DNA of 64,000 nucleotides. Source: Octopus sinensis. Taxonomy: Eukaryota. The translations under genes were made by a program, and so were the position numbers. Position 1 is the first letter of the stretch; the number at the start of each line of letters is the position of its first letter. Below, piece by piece: positions 13,752 through 27,282 of the stretch. The notes beneath the pieces are model-generated. The model saw only the letters and a program-made list of their open reading frames with translations, made no database searches and was not told where the DNA came from. The stretch covers positions 111,662,001 through 111,726,000 of the forward strand of contig NC_042999.1 in the NCBI RefSeq assembly GCF_006345805.1. Reading direction: 5' to 3'.

Positions 13752-13812
13752 TCTTGTTGTTGTTGTTGTTGTTGTTTTGTTGTTGTTCTTCTTCTTCTTC
13801 TTCTTCTTCTTC

Positions 13813-13885
<73 letters not shown>

Positions 13886-13908
13886 TATTATTATTATTAT
13901 TATTATTG
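13752..13908. repeat. Compound (TTG)(TTC)(TTA)n microsatellite
   Basis: Direct reading. Confidence 0.95.
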
Positions 13909-14030
13909 AGTGAGAGAGCAGTGCATACCATCAAAGTGACACTGGGGTAAAATATACGAAGCCCAGTATACCCATCATGACTACCCATCTAATAAGGGTA
14001 CACTAGGCACATGCATCACAACCATATGTG
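13909..14030 (-). mobile_element. 3'-terminal fragment of a (TAA)n-tailed retroelement
   Basis: Unique ~120 bp ending ..gcactgctctctcactc then (AAT)n on minus strand, between TAA arrays; family not determined. Confidence 0.5.
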
Positions 14031-14133
14031 CGCGACATTGTGATTTCATATCAAGATAAACAGCACATGACTATTGTTATGATTATTGTTATTATTATTA
14101 TTATTTTTTATTATTATTATTATTATTATTATT

Positions 14134-17100
14134 CTATGTTTGACTTTTGCTTTATATTTGTACAAGTTGGCTCCAAGTCTCACCCAGAGACCTCAAGAGA
14201 CAACAGGGTTGGAAGTTCATGTTGTTGTTATGCCTAGTGTGCTATATATTTGGGGGGTGGGGGTGTTGTACTAATGAATGTCTAAAAAAAAAAAAAAAGT
14301 TTTTTTTTTTTTTTTTAAAACCGAAAATTATGTTGTTTTAAACCTTGAGGTTACATAGAGAGTATTTTGCGTAGGATGAGCAGTTCCCATGAGCACTATC
14401 TTTTGAACTTCTGCCATTTTTGGGTTTCCTGGTATCTGAGTTAGGTAGCTATCAGCCCCTTTTGCTATCATTCCCAGGGCACCTATGACAACAGGTATTG
14501 TTTTAGTCTTCAGCTTCCACATTTTGCTGATTTCTATTTCAAGATCTTTATATTTGCTCAGTTTTTGGTAGGTCCTGACAGATACGTTTATATCGATTGG
14601 GACAGTCATATCAATGAGGAGGCATGTTCTTTGTTTGAAGTCTTTCAATATGATGTCTGGCCTATTTGCATCTATCTTCCTGTCAGTTTGAATGGTGAAG
14701 TTCCAGAGGAGTGAGATGTGGTCATTTTCAAGCACTGGGGGTGGTTTGTGTTCCCACCAGTTTTTTTCATGGGGCAAATCCAGGTTTTTACAGATTACCC
14801 AGTGAATATATTGTGCAGCTCTATCGTGCCTGTTGAGATACTCTGTAGGCGCTAGAAGACTGCACTTGGTTTCATTTTGTTGCTTGCATACACGACACGT
14901 TGGACTGCTTCTGATCTTTAATATGTTGGCCTGGTAGTTTCTTGTTGGTAGGCATTGATCTTGAGCTGCTATGATAAACCCCTCTGTTTCAGATTTTAAG
15001 CCAGAGGCCATTAGCCATTGATGGGTCAGGGCTTTGTCGATATCTGCATTATTCGCTCTCTTTGGGTATTTGCCATAGAGAGGTTTTTCTTGCCATTTAT
15101 TATTCAGAATATCTAAGGCCGCAGTTTTGGCACGGGTTTTCATGCGCCTAGCTTTTTCTGTGCTGTTTCTTGTATGTCTATCTCTAATTCCGAAATTGGT
15201 TGTATTCGGAATTCACTTAGATATTCCTTTGCCTGTTTTGTGACTGAGTATGATGTTTTCTTGTTTTCATGTTTTGAGACAAGTTTTAACATCCAGTCCT
15301 CAGAGTTTTTCAGGTAGGTGTCTAGGCCAATTGTAGCAATCTTCATTGTTATTGCCAGTTGCAAAAGACCACGGCCTCCCTCTTTTCTTGGCAGATAGAG
15401 TCGTTCTGTATCTGCCTTAGGGTGGTGCATTCTATGCATTGTCAACAGTTTCCTTATTTTTCTGTCGAGCTGACATATTTCAGTAATTGACCAGTTAACA
15501 ATATTGAAACTGTAAGTCACGACTGGTATAGCTAATGCATTGATTGCTTCGATCCTGTTTCTTGCATTCAGCTCTGTCTTGAGTATTGCTCTCACTCTTC
15601 GATAGCATTCTCTCCTGATCCTTTCCTTCATCTCTGAATGCCTTATTCCGTTCCCTTCAATTACCCCTAGGTACTTGTAGCTCTCCGCTGGGTCTAGTTC
15701 TTTTATGACATTCTGTTGGTCAAGGTTAACGTTAGATGTTTCTGTCATTTTTCCTTTGATAAAGGTAGCTTTGCACATTTATCGAGGCCGAATTGCATTC
15801 TGATGTCGTCACTGAATTGTTTGACTATCGCTAGTAAGCCCTTGAGTTGTTGATCATTTTTTAAAAAGCTTTAAATCATCCATGTAAACGAGATGATTTA
15901 TATTTTTATCAAACATTTTATACCCGTACTGCCGTCATTGAGCAGCTTTGAGAGAGGTATTAAGGATAAACAAAAGAGGAGTGGTGACAGTGAGTCACCC
16001 TGGAAAATGCCACACGAAATTTTTACATCACCAGCATTTAGGGATTCACTGTCACTGTTCAGAGTTAGTGTGGTTCTCCATGATCTCATACTTACAGTCA
16101 AGAAGTTTCGCAGAGTAGGTGCTATCTTATACATTTCCAGGCATGTCCTAATCCAGCTATGTGGTAGGCTATCAAAAGCCTTTTTATAGTCTATCCAGGC
16201 TATTGATAAGTTTTGTGCCGTTTGTGACAATCTTCTAAGATCATCTTATTGACGAGTAGTTTGTCTTTACAGCCGTAGGATCCACGTTTACATCCTTTCT
16301 GTTCATTAGGGAATATGCTGCTGTCTGTTAAAAAACTATAGGTATATTCCGTCAGGACAGATGTTAGTGTTTTGTACATAGTTGTTAAGCAGGTTATGGG
16401 TCTATAGTTTTTTGGTTCATTTGTTTCTTCACTTTTTGGAAGCAGGAATGTTAACCCATTAACTAGCCAAGGAGGCATCCTACTAGGGTGTTGCAAAACA
16501 TCATTGTACAGTTCTGTTAGCAGTTCATGGCTCTCTGGGAAGGCATTCAGCCAGAAGTTAGGAATTTTATCCTTTCCTGGAGACTTCCATTTGCTTGACC
16601 TCCTGAGAGCAGATCTTATATCTTCTACCTTGACACCCTCCCACTTTTGCTCTTCTAAGGGGTCCAGTTCTGTAGATATTCTGTCAATCCAGGGGCCTTT
16701 TCGTTGTGTGTTTTTTCTTCTGCCCAGATTTTATTCCAAAATCTCTGCACTTCTTCTTTTGATGGTACAGACCTGCAGTAAACGCTGTTTTTCCTATCTT
16801 CCTGTAAAAATTCTTGGTGTTTTTTTTAACATGTTGTTGTCCTTGAAAAATCTAACACGCTTTTCATACCTCGCTATGCGGGCAGCTTTGGCAGATACCT
16901 TTTGTTTGATGGTTTCTATGGTGGCATCAATATCAAGTATAGTTTTCATATTGTATTTTTTCAGTAATTTTTGGGTTTTTGTAGGTTTGGTAGTCTTGTG
17001 AGCCTTAAGGTTTTTCAAATATTCAATGTCAGATCTAAATACTTAATTTGTTGTTGCAGACGCTCTTGCCAAGAAGGCTTTTTGTGGGACTGTTGCCGTT

Positions 17101-18290
17101 TTCTAATCTTTACACCACATAGGATCGTTGAGATTTTCGCGGATGCATAGTATAGGTGGTTGAGGTTTGTGATATCAACATCATTAACATATTAACTGAA
17201 ATTATATCCTTAAGTGCAAGCCGGATTTTACCAATTATTTTCATGTTTGGTTAGAGTTGCGGATTTTAGGAAGTGTATCACGCTCATCCATGCTGGTTTC
17301 TTTAATTTTCAGCCATTCAATCATGATTTGATTTTTTAGCTCATGTAGTTCTGTTGGGTCAATATTTGTGTGACTTTCTTTATCTATTTGATGCTCATCT
17401 GTCTTAGTGTTTATGATTGGTTCAGGGCGTATTTCACTTTGCCTATCACTTATACTAACTCTTTCAATCCTCTCTTCGTTTTTATCCGCCCTGGGCTGGT
17501 CTATAATCATTTCCTCTGTTTATCTTCTCTTCTCTAGCTGCAGCTTCGTTCATTTTATCCGATATTGCTTGTCTAACCTGATCAATCTCTACTTCAGTCA
17601 GTAATTTCTTTTTTATAATGTTTCTTCTAACATTGGCAAGCTTGTTATTGTCTATGTAGGGTCTTACTTCAGGGTGTTTCTGTCTCCAGTTTAAGTATGC
17701 TTGTACAGTGCTAGACTTATCTGTGGGGAAATATATGGCATGGTAGAAGGCCTCAAGAACTTCTTTATTATCTTCCCTAGACCATTTTTCCTTCTTTTTC
17801 TTTTGATTATTTGGTGATGAGCATGGATGGCCATCTGTTGGAATATTCCGGTTGTGGGGTTCGTCCAGCTCCTGTGTGTTGGGAAGATTTGATCCAGTAA
17901 CTGATTTTTCAATCAGGATTTGGTTCAATTTTCGGGTACGTGGTCTTTTGTAATCCGCGCAATGACCAATGCGGTTTATTGTTTGATTTGTTGACCTTGA
18001 AGCATGACGAGCATCCATTCTTATATTAGATGGATCTGTCAGTTTAGGGTTCACTACATGTAAGCATTGCTCATAGCGCCGCTTCTTAAGACTAGCAGAT
18101 CTATATTCGTCTGTATTTTTTTTGTTGATAGTTTTATCTCCGGACATTTTTTTTTTTTTTTTTTTTTTTTTTTTCCTTTCCTCCTCTTCCTTTCTTCAAG
18201 GCTTACTGTGTCTGTATTAGTTCGAAATAATGAGAATAAAATACGGAGAAGGAAACGAAAAGAAAGGGAAAAAGACGGGATCTGTCAGTT
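14134..18290 (-). mobile_element. R4/Dong-clade non-LTR retrotransposon (family 1), near full-length, multiply frameshifted
   Basis: N-terminal KWSREDN..(Myb-like) domain; RT motifs NYRPITCL, WIDYKKAFDS, GIFQGDSLSPLLFC; CRVC..RHD..NRPDII..LIDMTVP..K..KY restriction-like endonuclease; 3' end in (TAA)n. Confidence 0.9.
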
Positions 18291-19050
18291 ATTATTGTTA
18301 TTACTATCATCTTCACCACCATCACCATCATCAGCAACATCACCATCACCATCATCATCTTCAATGTGTAGCCACAGCCACCATCAACACTCCATTGTGT
18401 TGGAGAATGGGTGGTTAAAGAATTCATGTTCTTTGGGTCTATAGATGGTGGAGACAAAGGACGTTAATGGTCAGTAAAAGGTCAAACCTGTTTACGTTTA
18501 TTTATTTATTTATTTTTTTTTTTCGTTCTCTTTTCTTCTTCACCACATGCATATGTATATGTATATATATGTATATTCAATCACACATATTATCTGATGT
18601 TTTCGTCGAAGATTTTTTTTTTCTTTTTTTTAAATAACTTTCTGAGTTCAATGTTATGTATATATTTTTAAATATCTGAATTCAGTTGTATGTATATAGT
18701 AGTAGGTGCTTAATTCCATAACTTTTTATCGTGCATTTAATTGTGTTGTTACAATAAAAGGTAATTTAAAAGGCAATTTTACACATTCTTATAGTCATAG
18801 AGAGACGACTAAATGTAAATGTTCACACAGAATTGGAGATATGTATGTTTCTAATTTTTCTTGTTAGGTGTACGTTTGTATGAGCTGTAGATATGTAAGT
18901 TTGTTTTTTTTTTACTTATTTTGAGGGTAATTCAAATTACTTACAGAAAACAGTAGATCTTCCAGTTTTCTACAGTTGACCTGCTGGGTTCGCTGTTGCC
19001 AGTTCAGAGCATCGTAAAAATACGTCCATCCTCTGTCACGTCCAGCCGCC

Positions 19051-19112
<62 letters not shown>

Positions 19113-19149
19113 GTTATTATTAGTGTTATTGTTGTTGTTGTTGTTGTTG

Positions 19150-19214
<65 letters not shown>

Positions 19215-19260
19215 GCTGTTGTTGTTGTGATTATTATTATCATCATCATTATTAATAATA
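19051..19260. repeat. (TTA)n/(TTG)n compound microsatellite
   Basis: Direct reading. Confidence 0.95.
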
Positions 19261-19274
19261 TCATTAAGCCTATG

Positions 19275-19475
19275 AATTGGCAGAATCGTTAGCACGCCGA
19301 GCGCAAGGCTTAGCGGCTTTTCGGCCATCTTTATGTTCTGAGTTCAAATCTCACAAAGCTCGACTTTGGCTTTCGTTCTTTGGAGGTCTATAAAAAAGTA
19401 CCAGCGGAGTACTAGTGTCGATGTAATCGACATCTACCTCCCCAAAATTTCAGGCCTTGTGCCATTAATAGAAAG
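19275..19475 (+). mobile_element. SINE family A, diverged, between (ATT)n arrays
   Basis: ggcagaatcgttagcacgccg..ttctgagttcaaat..aaatttcaggccttgtgcc..gaaagga. Confidence 0.85.
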
Positions 19476-19491
19476 GATAATTATGATTATG

Positions 19492-19570
<79 letters not shown>

Positions 19571-19592
19571 TTGCTGTTGTTTTTATTATTAT

Positions 19593-19717
19593 TTTATGTT
19601 TGACTTTTGCTTTACATTTGTACAAGTTGGTTCCAAGTCTCACGTAGAGACTTCAAGAGACAAACAAGTTGGAAGTTAATGTTGGTGTTATGCCTAGGGT
19701 GCCATATATTTGATTTT
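19593..19717 (-). mobile_element. R4/Dong family 1 3'-UTR fragment
   Basis: Clear homology to 14134-14250 (atgtttgacttttgcttta..tgtacaagttgg..caagtctcac). Confidence 0.85.
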
Positions 19718-19789
19718 GTACATAGTGTTGCTCTAGAGAATGTTTAAGAAACCACAAGAAAATAATGAGGCGTAGGCAACAGTGTAGAG

Positions 19790-20330
19790 GCCTTTGACTC
19801 CTTGCGCATTTTACCACTTGGGGACAGCAAACACGCAAATGAGTAGTTTCTCCACAAACGAAACAATGCGGCCTTTTGCCCTCAGTCATTATGTGCATCA
19901 CGGTTCCGCTCTGGAGACGGATGTGGTCCGGGATGTTTTTGTTTTCGGGCCTGGTCTGGGGAGAAGTATCTCCAGGTCAACCTTGGACCAGTCTTCCCTA
20001 GCAGTTCTTGTCATCTTTACCCGTCCTCTCCAGAATTACACATCCCAGAAGCCACCACATATCAAGTCCTGGAATGCGGTCACGTGCTGTACGTTTCATA
20101 GGGGTACATAATGATTTTGTTGGCTTTGCAAAGTGTCACTGAATATTTCATAGCGAGGGCTTCTGACTAAAACAACCGAAATGGTACCTTGTTGTTTGCT
20201 CCTCGCTATGTACTTGGTGTCATTTCTTATGCACTTCAGCACCGCTTCAATATCTTTTCGTCTCTCCTGAGATACATCTGAAAAGCACCGTTCTTTTCTC
20301 CACTGTTTCAATTGCCACCAACGTAATAGT
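19790..20330 (-). mobile_element. Decayed LINE ORF1 (gag-like zinc knuckle) fragment
   Basis: Translation IPDHIRLQSGTVMHIMTEGKRPHCFVCGETTHLRVCCP has CX2CX4HX4C; clade (L1/Tx1-like) inferred. Confidence 0.65.
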
Positions 20331-21184
20331 TAGGTTGACCCACGTTTGTTCTTGTTTAGTCAGTTTCTATGCCTGGATCAACATTTCATCTCTATTTGTG
20401 AGCTCCCGGTGAAGCGTTGCTTCTTTTTCAATGCTGCTGCCGTGAATGTGCTTTTGTTGTTGGTAATGTTCTCGTTGTGGTTGTTGTTACTTGCTGTTGT
20501 TGCTGGTGCTGCTACTGTTGCCGTTGTTGTCACTGTCGTAGTTCTTGTCGATGATGCTGGTGTTGGTTTTGTTGCTGTTGCTGTTGCTGGTGTCACTTTT
20601 GTTATTGTTGATGCTGTTGTTGCCATCGCTGCTACTGTTCCTCTCATTTTCGTTGTTGTTGTTGTTCCCCTTTCGTTGTTGTTGTTGCTCCCACTACAAC
20701 TACTCTTGCTGCTGATGTCACTGCTACCCTATTGCTGTTACTCCCACTACTGCTGTTACTACGAGGTGAAATTTGTACTGTTAGTCTCGTTTTTCTTTTC
20801 CCCTTATCCTGTAATGTTGCCAATAACGGAGAGATGGGGAGGAAAATCTTCAGCAGTCACCAAATTCGTGGGAGGGGAAGTTTTCTTTTTTCTCAACTCT
20901 TTCAAGACGCGCTCAGCCATCTTGTTGAGTTATGCTTGATTATATTAAATTAAACACCAAACGAACTTATTTGGTGGGCCGAATGTAGCCCCTCGAGGGG
21001 CTAAACAACCATAGAAAACCAGCAACAGTTTCCTGATGTTTCGATTGACTACTTGGAATAAAATAAATAATGCAAAAATGCACAAGACCAGTGTAAACAA
21101 ATGTTTTAAGCTGCACGAACTTGGAGCGTTGGAAAACACGTCCTATGTATTCTGCAGTGAATGATAATAATAATAATAATAATA

Positions 21185-21230
<46 letters not shown>

Positions 21231-21233
<3 letters not shown>

Positions 21234-22957
21234 CAAGGGCTTACTAGCGATTGTCAAACAATTCAGTGATGACATCAGAATGCAATTTGGCCTCGATAAA
21301 TACGCAAAAGCTACCTTTATCAAAGGAAAAATGACAGAAACATCTAACGTTAACCTTGACCAGCAGAATGTCATAAAAGAATTAGACCCAGCAGAGAACT
21401 ACAAGTATCTAGGGGTAATTGAAGGAGAAGGAATAAGCCATTCAGAGATGAAGGAAAGGATCAGGAGAGAATGCTATCGCAGAGTAAGAGCAATACTCAA
21501 GACAGAGCTGAATGCGAGAAGCAGGATCGAAGCGATCAATGCATTAGCCATACCAGTCGTGACTTACAGTTTCAGTATCGTTAACTGGTCAATTACTGAA
21601 ATACGTAATCTTGACAGAAAAATACGAAAACTGTTGACAATGCATAGAATGCACCACCCTAAGGCAGATACAGAACGACTTTATCTGCCAAGAAAAGAGG
21701 GAGGCCGTGGACTTTTACAACTGGCAATAACAATGAAGATTGCTACAATTGGCCTAGACACCTACCTGAAAAACTCTGAGGACTGGATGTTAAAACCTGT
21801 CTCAAAACATGAAAACAAGAAAACATCATACTCAGTAACAAACCAGGCAAAGAAATATCTAAGTGAATTCCGAATACAACCAATTTCGGAATTAGAGATA
21901 GACATACAAGAAACAGGCACAGAAAAAGCTAGGCGCATGAAAACCCGTGCTAAATCTGCGGCCTTAGATATTCTGAATGATAAATGGCAAGAAAAACCTC
22001 TCTATGGCAAATACCCAAAGAGAGCAAATAATGCAGATGTTGACAAAGCCCTGACCCATCAATGGCTAATGGCCTCTGGCTTAAAATCTGAAACAGAGGG
22101 GTTTATCATAGCAGCTCAAGATCAATGCCTACCAACAAGAAACTACCAGGCCAACATATTAAAGATCAGAAGCAGTCCAACGTGTCGTGTATGCAAGCAA
22201 CAAAATGAAACCATTGACCATGTGGTCTCCAAGTGCAGTCTTCTAGCGCCTACAGAGTATCTCAACAGGCACGATAGAGCTGCACAATATATTCACTGGG
22301 TAATCTGTAAAAACCTGGATTTGCCCCATGAAAAAAACTGGTGGGAACACAAACCACCCCCAGTGCTTGAAAATGACCACATCTCACTCCTCTGAAACTT
22401 CACCATTCAAACTGACAGAAAGATAGATGCAAATAGGCCAGACATCATATTGAAAGACTTCAAACAAAGAACATACCTCCTCATTGATATGACTGTCCCA
22501 ATCGATATAAACGTATCTGTCAAGACCTACCAAAAACTGAGCAAATATAAAGATCTTGAAATAGAAATCAGCAAAATGTGGAAGCTGAAGACTAAAACAA
22601 TACCTGTTGTCATAGGTGCCCTGGGAATGATAGCAAAAGGGGCTGATAGCTACCTAACTCAGATACCAGGAAACCCAAAAATGGCAGAAATTCAAAAGAT
22701 AGTGCTCATGGGAACTGCTCATATCCTACGCAAAATACTTTCTATGTAATCTCAAGGTTTTAAACAAACATAATTTTCGGTTTTAAAAAAAAAAAAAAAC
22801 TTTTTTTTAGACATTCATTAGTACAACACCCCACCCCCCAAATATATGGCACACTAGGCATAACAACAACATGAACTTCCAACCCTGTTGTCTCTTGAGG
22901 TCTCTGGGTGAGACTTGGAGCCAACTTGTACAAATATAAAGCAAAAGTCAAACATAG
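21231..22957 (+). mobile_element. R4/Dong family 1, 5'-truncated copy
   Basis: ORFs 21121..22395 and 22450..22749 nearly identical to the 3' half of the 14134 copy; (TAA)n on both flanks. Confidence 0.95.
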
Positions 22958-22976
22958 AATAATAATAATAATAATA

Positions 22977-23013
<37 letters not shown>

Positions 23014-23470
23014 TCTTTTATGTTTCGATAAAAAGGCCAGTAAGTATCGATGGAGGATGCAAGTCGATCACAATTACATGACTGGTATTATACTTTATTA
23101 ACCCCGGAAGGCTGAAAGGCAAATTTGACCTCTACGGTACTTGAATTCAGAACAATAACCGGTAAACATTTTTGTCCGACTTGCGACTTGTTTATCGATG
23201 CCAAAAAAAAACAAACAAATAAAAACAATGTGTTCATATATCATATAAGCCAATCTAATGATTAAATCACAAGAGTAATGTCACAAAGATCAGAGCAAGT
23301 CATATTTCCGGAATAAAACTATTATGCATATTTATGAAGGAGGATGACATTCAGGGTTTAAAACTTGCTCTATCATTGTGAGGAGTGTCAATATTTCATC
23401 AGTGGATATAAGTGATACTAGGTAAACGTTAGAGCAGTAGAACATATGATTTAAGATTTTTGTAGGGACA

Positions 23471-23544
<74 letters not shown>

Positions 23545-23902
23545 GTGTGTGTGTGAATGCATTTCTTTCTCTTTTTATATGTATATCTGCGCATGAGTAC
23601 ATAAATGTATATATCCGTTTTACTGTTATGGAAAATGCATGCACAAACTACAATGTATGTACTTTATAATGTATGTGAATATATACAGAGTGACTACAAA
23701 GTTTGATACATAGGCGAAAACGCATATTTTCTAAACTCATTCATTTATCCAGACTTTATGGTCGCCAGAGCGTAAATTTAAACGAACTCTAAACATTTAC
23801 TAGAAAGGTGTAAAACTATATGAAATCACAAGAAACATATTATACTTTAAATTATGTTTCGACTGAGAATGAATATTTTGTAGCCATTATTTAACGCGTT
23901 TC

Positions 23903-24295
23903 AAGGTGGCGAGCGGGCAGAATCGTTAGCACGCCGGGCGAAATGCTTAGCAGTATTTCGTCTGCCGTTACATTCTGAGTTCAAATTCCGCCGAGGTCGA
24001 CTTTGCCTTTCATCCTTTCGGGATCGATTAAATAAGTACCAGTTACGCACTGGGGTCGATATAATTGACTTAATCTGTTTGTCTGTTCTTCTTTGTCCTC
24101 TCTGTGTTTAGCCCCTTGTGGGTAGTAAAGAAATAGATATTTCGTCTGCCGCTACATTCTGAGTTCAAATTCTGCCGAGGTCGACTTTGCCTATCATCCT
24201 TTCGGGGTCGATAAATTAAGTACCAGTTGAGTACTGGAGTCAATGATCCCCCTCCCCCAAATTTCAGGCCTTGTGTCTATAGTAGAAAGGATTAT
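23903..24295 (+). mobile_element. SINE family A, composite (two bodies, two tails)
   Basis: Head-body-tail1, then tatttcgtctgccg..body-tail2. Confidence 0.88.
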
Positions 24296-24361
24296 TTAAC
24301 GGGTTTCATATTTTGATAGAAAAATATTTTCAGTTTGATAGTCAATAAATTTATAGTTTAT

Positions 24362-24537
24362 AAGCACAGGCGTGGATGTGTGGTAAAAAGCTTGCTTCCC
24401 AACCAAATGGTTCTGGGTTCGGTCCCACTGCGTGGCACCTTGGGCAAGTGTATTCTACTAAAGCCACGAGTCTACCGAAGCTCCGTGAGTGAAAACTGAA
24501 AGTAACTTATCATGTGTGTGTGCATATGCGTGTATGT

Positions 24538-24619
<82 letters not shown>

Positions 24620-24820
24620 GTGCCTCTTCGTGTCTGTTAACCGATCTTAGTGTGTTTACGCCCCCGTAGCTTAGCTGCGGTTCGGCAAAACAGCCCGATA
24701 GAATAAGTACTAGGCTTACAAAGAATAAGTCCTGAGGTCGATTTTTTCCATTAAAGCTCTTTAAGTGTACGCTCCAGCATGACCGTGGTTAAATGCCTGA
24801 AACAAGTAAGAAAATAAAAG
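24362..24820 (+). mobile_element. SINE family B with internal (TG)n
   Basis: Homology to 27282 copy. Confidence 0.85.
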
Positions 24821-25441
24821 AATCAATGAAAATGAGAGACGAGGTTCTGTTGCTGTCTTTAAATTATTAGCAAAGCAATTTTCAATCATTTTATTTCTTA
24901 AGGAGAGTGTCAGAAAAAGAAAGAGTTGATCACGTCTATGCATATTCAGGCAAAATCGTCTTTATCAGAGAGTATTGTTTATAACTACTTGACCCACCTT
25001 GTATGTCTCTTACATGTCAGAGTGAAAAAGAAGCTGTCGGTAGTAGGAAGACAGTGGAGGCAGTAATGTTAGTAATGTGAATAGTAGAGAAGGGGAGAAA
25101 AGGGAGAGAGAGAGAGAAATAAAGAGAGAGAGAAAAGAGAATGAGAAAGAGAGACATATTAAAAGAGAAATAGAACGATGGTGGTGATGGCGATGGCGGC
25201 AGTAGCTGCGGTAGCGGCGGTGGCAGTGATGGTGATGGCGGCAGAGGTGGCGGTGGAGCTGGTGGTGTAGGTGTCGGTAGTGTCGGTGTTACTAATAAAA
25301 CTTGGTGGTGATGATCTAGTTATTAACAGCGGTATGTGTAAGTGTTTGTGGAAAAAATGAATACTATTAGAATTTTAAAATGTGGTCTGCAATATGTTTA
25401 ATATAAAAGTGTACTACTACTACTACTACTACTACTACTAT

Positions 25442-26385
25442 GGCAATCCCTCAAGGTCGAGGATGATGGTCTTCGCGCAAATTTATTGGTGAGTCCGTAG
25501 GTGACTGATAAGACCAATTCTTGCTCGAAAAGATCGGTCACAGTGCGGACATTTAGTGCCGGAAGGGAGAGTCGCACGTGGTTGTTGTTGGCGCTCCTTC
25601 CGTCGTCGTCTCCCTTCTCCTCCAGCTCTGCAGACCTTTTCGACTCGAAATTCGTCGTTCCCTCATGGATGGTGGTTTTCCAGAGTGGTCTGTTTTTTGC
25701 CGTTTCCTCCCAGTTGGTGAAGTCAATGTCACACTTTTTGAGGTTCGATTTCAGGGAGTCCTTGTAGCGTTTCTTCTGGCCTCCTTTTGTACGCTTGCCG
25801 TCTTTGAGTTGGGAGTAGAAGATGTGTTTGGGAAGTCGTTCGTCAGTCATTCTAACCACGTGGCCTCTCCATCTTAGTTGGCCTTTGATGACATAGGCTT
25901 CGATGCTGGTCATTTTTGCTTCTTGTAGCACACTGACGTTAGTTCTTCTGTATTCCCAGCTGATGTTGAGGATCTTCCGAAGACAGCGTTGGTGAAATTT
26001 CTCGAGCGTTTTCAGGTGGTGACTATACGGGGTCCAGGTTTCGGATGCGTAAAGGAGAGTTGGAATAATGACTGCCCTGTACACCATGAGTTTGGTTTCG
26101 GTTCGGATGTCCCGATCAGCAAAAACTCTTGTTCGAAGCTTGCCGAAAGCTGTTCCTGCACACTTCAGACGGTGTTGGATTTCATCGCTGAGGTCTACTT
26201 TTGCTGACAGATGGCTCCCAAGGTAGCAGAAGTGGTTCACATTTTCCAGTGGATTTCCTTCGAGTTGAATCGATGGCGGGTTGTCAACACGGGCATTGGG
26301 GGTGGGGGGTAGAGTAAGTGAGTCTTCTTGATGTTGATGCTCAGTCCAAGTTTAGTATATGCATGATGAAAAGCATTTAGGATCT
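25442..26385 (-). mobile_element. RTE-clade LINE 3' fragment (second family) with (TAG)n tail
   Basis: ORF 25398..26240: F.YLGS, YRAVIIPTLLYASETW, QLRWRGHVVRM, GKRTKGGQKKRYKD. Confidence 0.92.
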
Positions 26386-26494
26386 AAGTGTACACATGTA
26401 TTCTTAACTTAATATACTTCCAGTGGATTTATATAATGCAATATTTAGTATAAGTTTATGAAGCAGTGAAGAGCAAACTAAAGATATATTCTTT

Positions 26495-26690
26495 TACTTG
26501 CTTCAGTCATTTGACTGCGGCCATGCTGGAGCAGCACGTCGAACAAATCGAACCCAGGACTCATTTCTTGTAAGCCACGTATCGATCGGTTTTGCCGAAT
26601 CGCTAAGTGACGGGGACGTAAACACACCAGCATCGGTTGTCAAGCGATGGTGGGGGACAAACACAGATACACAAATACATACATACATAT
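26495..26690 (-). mobile_element. SINE family B 3' part
   Basis: ttcagtcatttgactgcggccatgctggagc..gggacgtaaacacaccagcatcggttgtcaagcg. Confidence 0.85.
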
Positions 26691-26710
26691 AGATATTTAT
26701 ATATATATAT

Positions 26711-27154
26711 ATATTAATAGTTATCGCCATACTAATATGGCAGTCTATAAATAAGACTAAAGCTGTCGCTGATTAGCTCCAAGAGGCCATCGCCTCTAGC
26801 TAGCTATATGACACACGAACCTGCGTCCATTAAAACCTTCGAACAGGGGAGGTCAGCCGCTTCACCTTGCTAGTCAGACATCTGCAGACATGTTTCAGGG
26901 TTGTTGCCCTTTATCATTTCAGCGTAGTCAGAACCAGCAGGTGTCGCTACTGACCCTCTGTTCGAAGATTATATTTACCTAGTTACAGTGACTAGCAAGG
27001 TGAAGCGGCTGACCTCCCCTGTTCGAAGGTTGTAATGGATGCAGTTTCGTGTGTCATATAGCTAGCTAGAGGCGATGGCCTCTTGGAGCTAATCAGTGAC
27101 AGCTTTAGTCTTATTTATAGACTGTCATATTAGTATGGCGATAACTATTAATAT
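26711..27154. repeat. Long inverted repeat (166-bp arms, 112-bp spacer), Penelope-like fold-back remnant
   Basis: Arms 26711-26876 and 26989-27154 reverse-complementary with about 5 mismatches; spacer has a hammerhead remnant. Confidence 0.9.
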
Positions 27155-27214
27155 CCAGTAACGCTGCCGTAATCTCCTTTAGAGAGACTTAGTAATTTTA
27201 ATATTTGTATTTTA

Positions 27215-27281
<67 letters not shown>

Positions 27282-27282
<1 letters not shown>

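Noticed and set aside
18150-18300. HDV-like ribozyme at the R4/Dong 5' end
   Set aside because: I could not build the nested pseudoknot by eye
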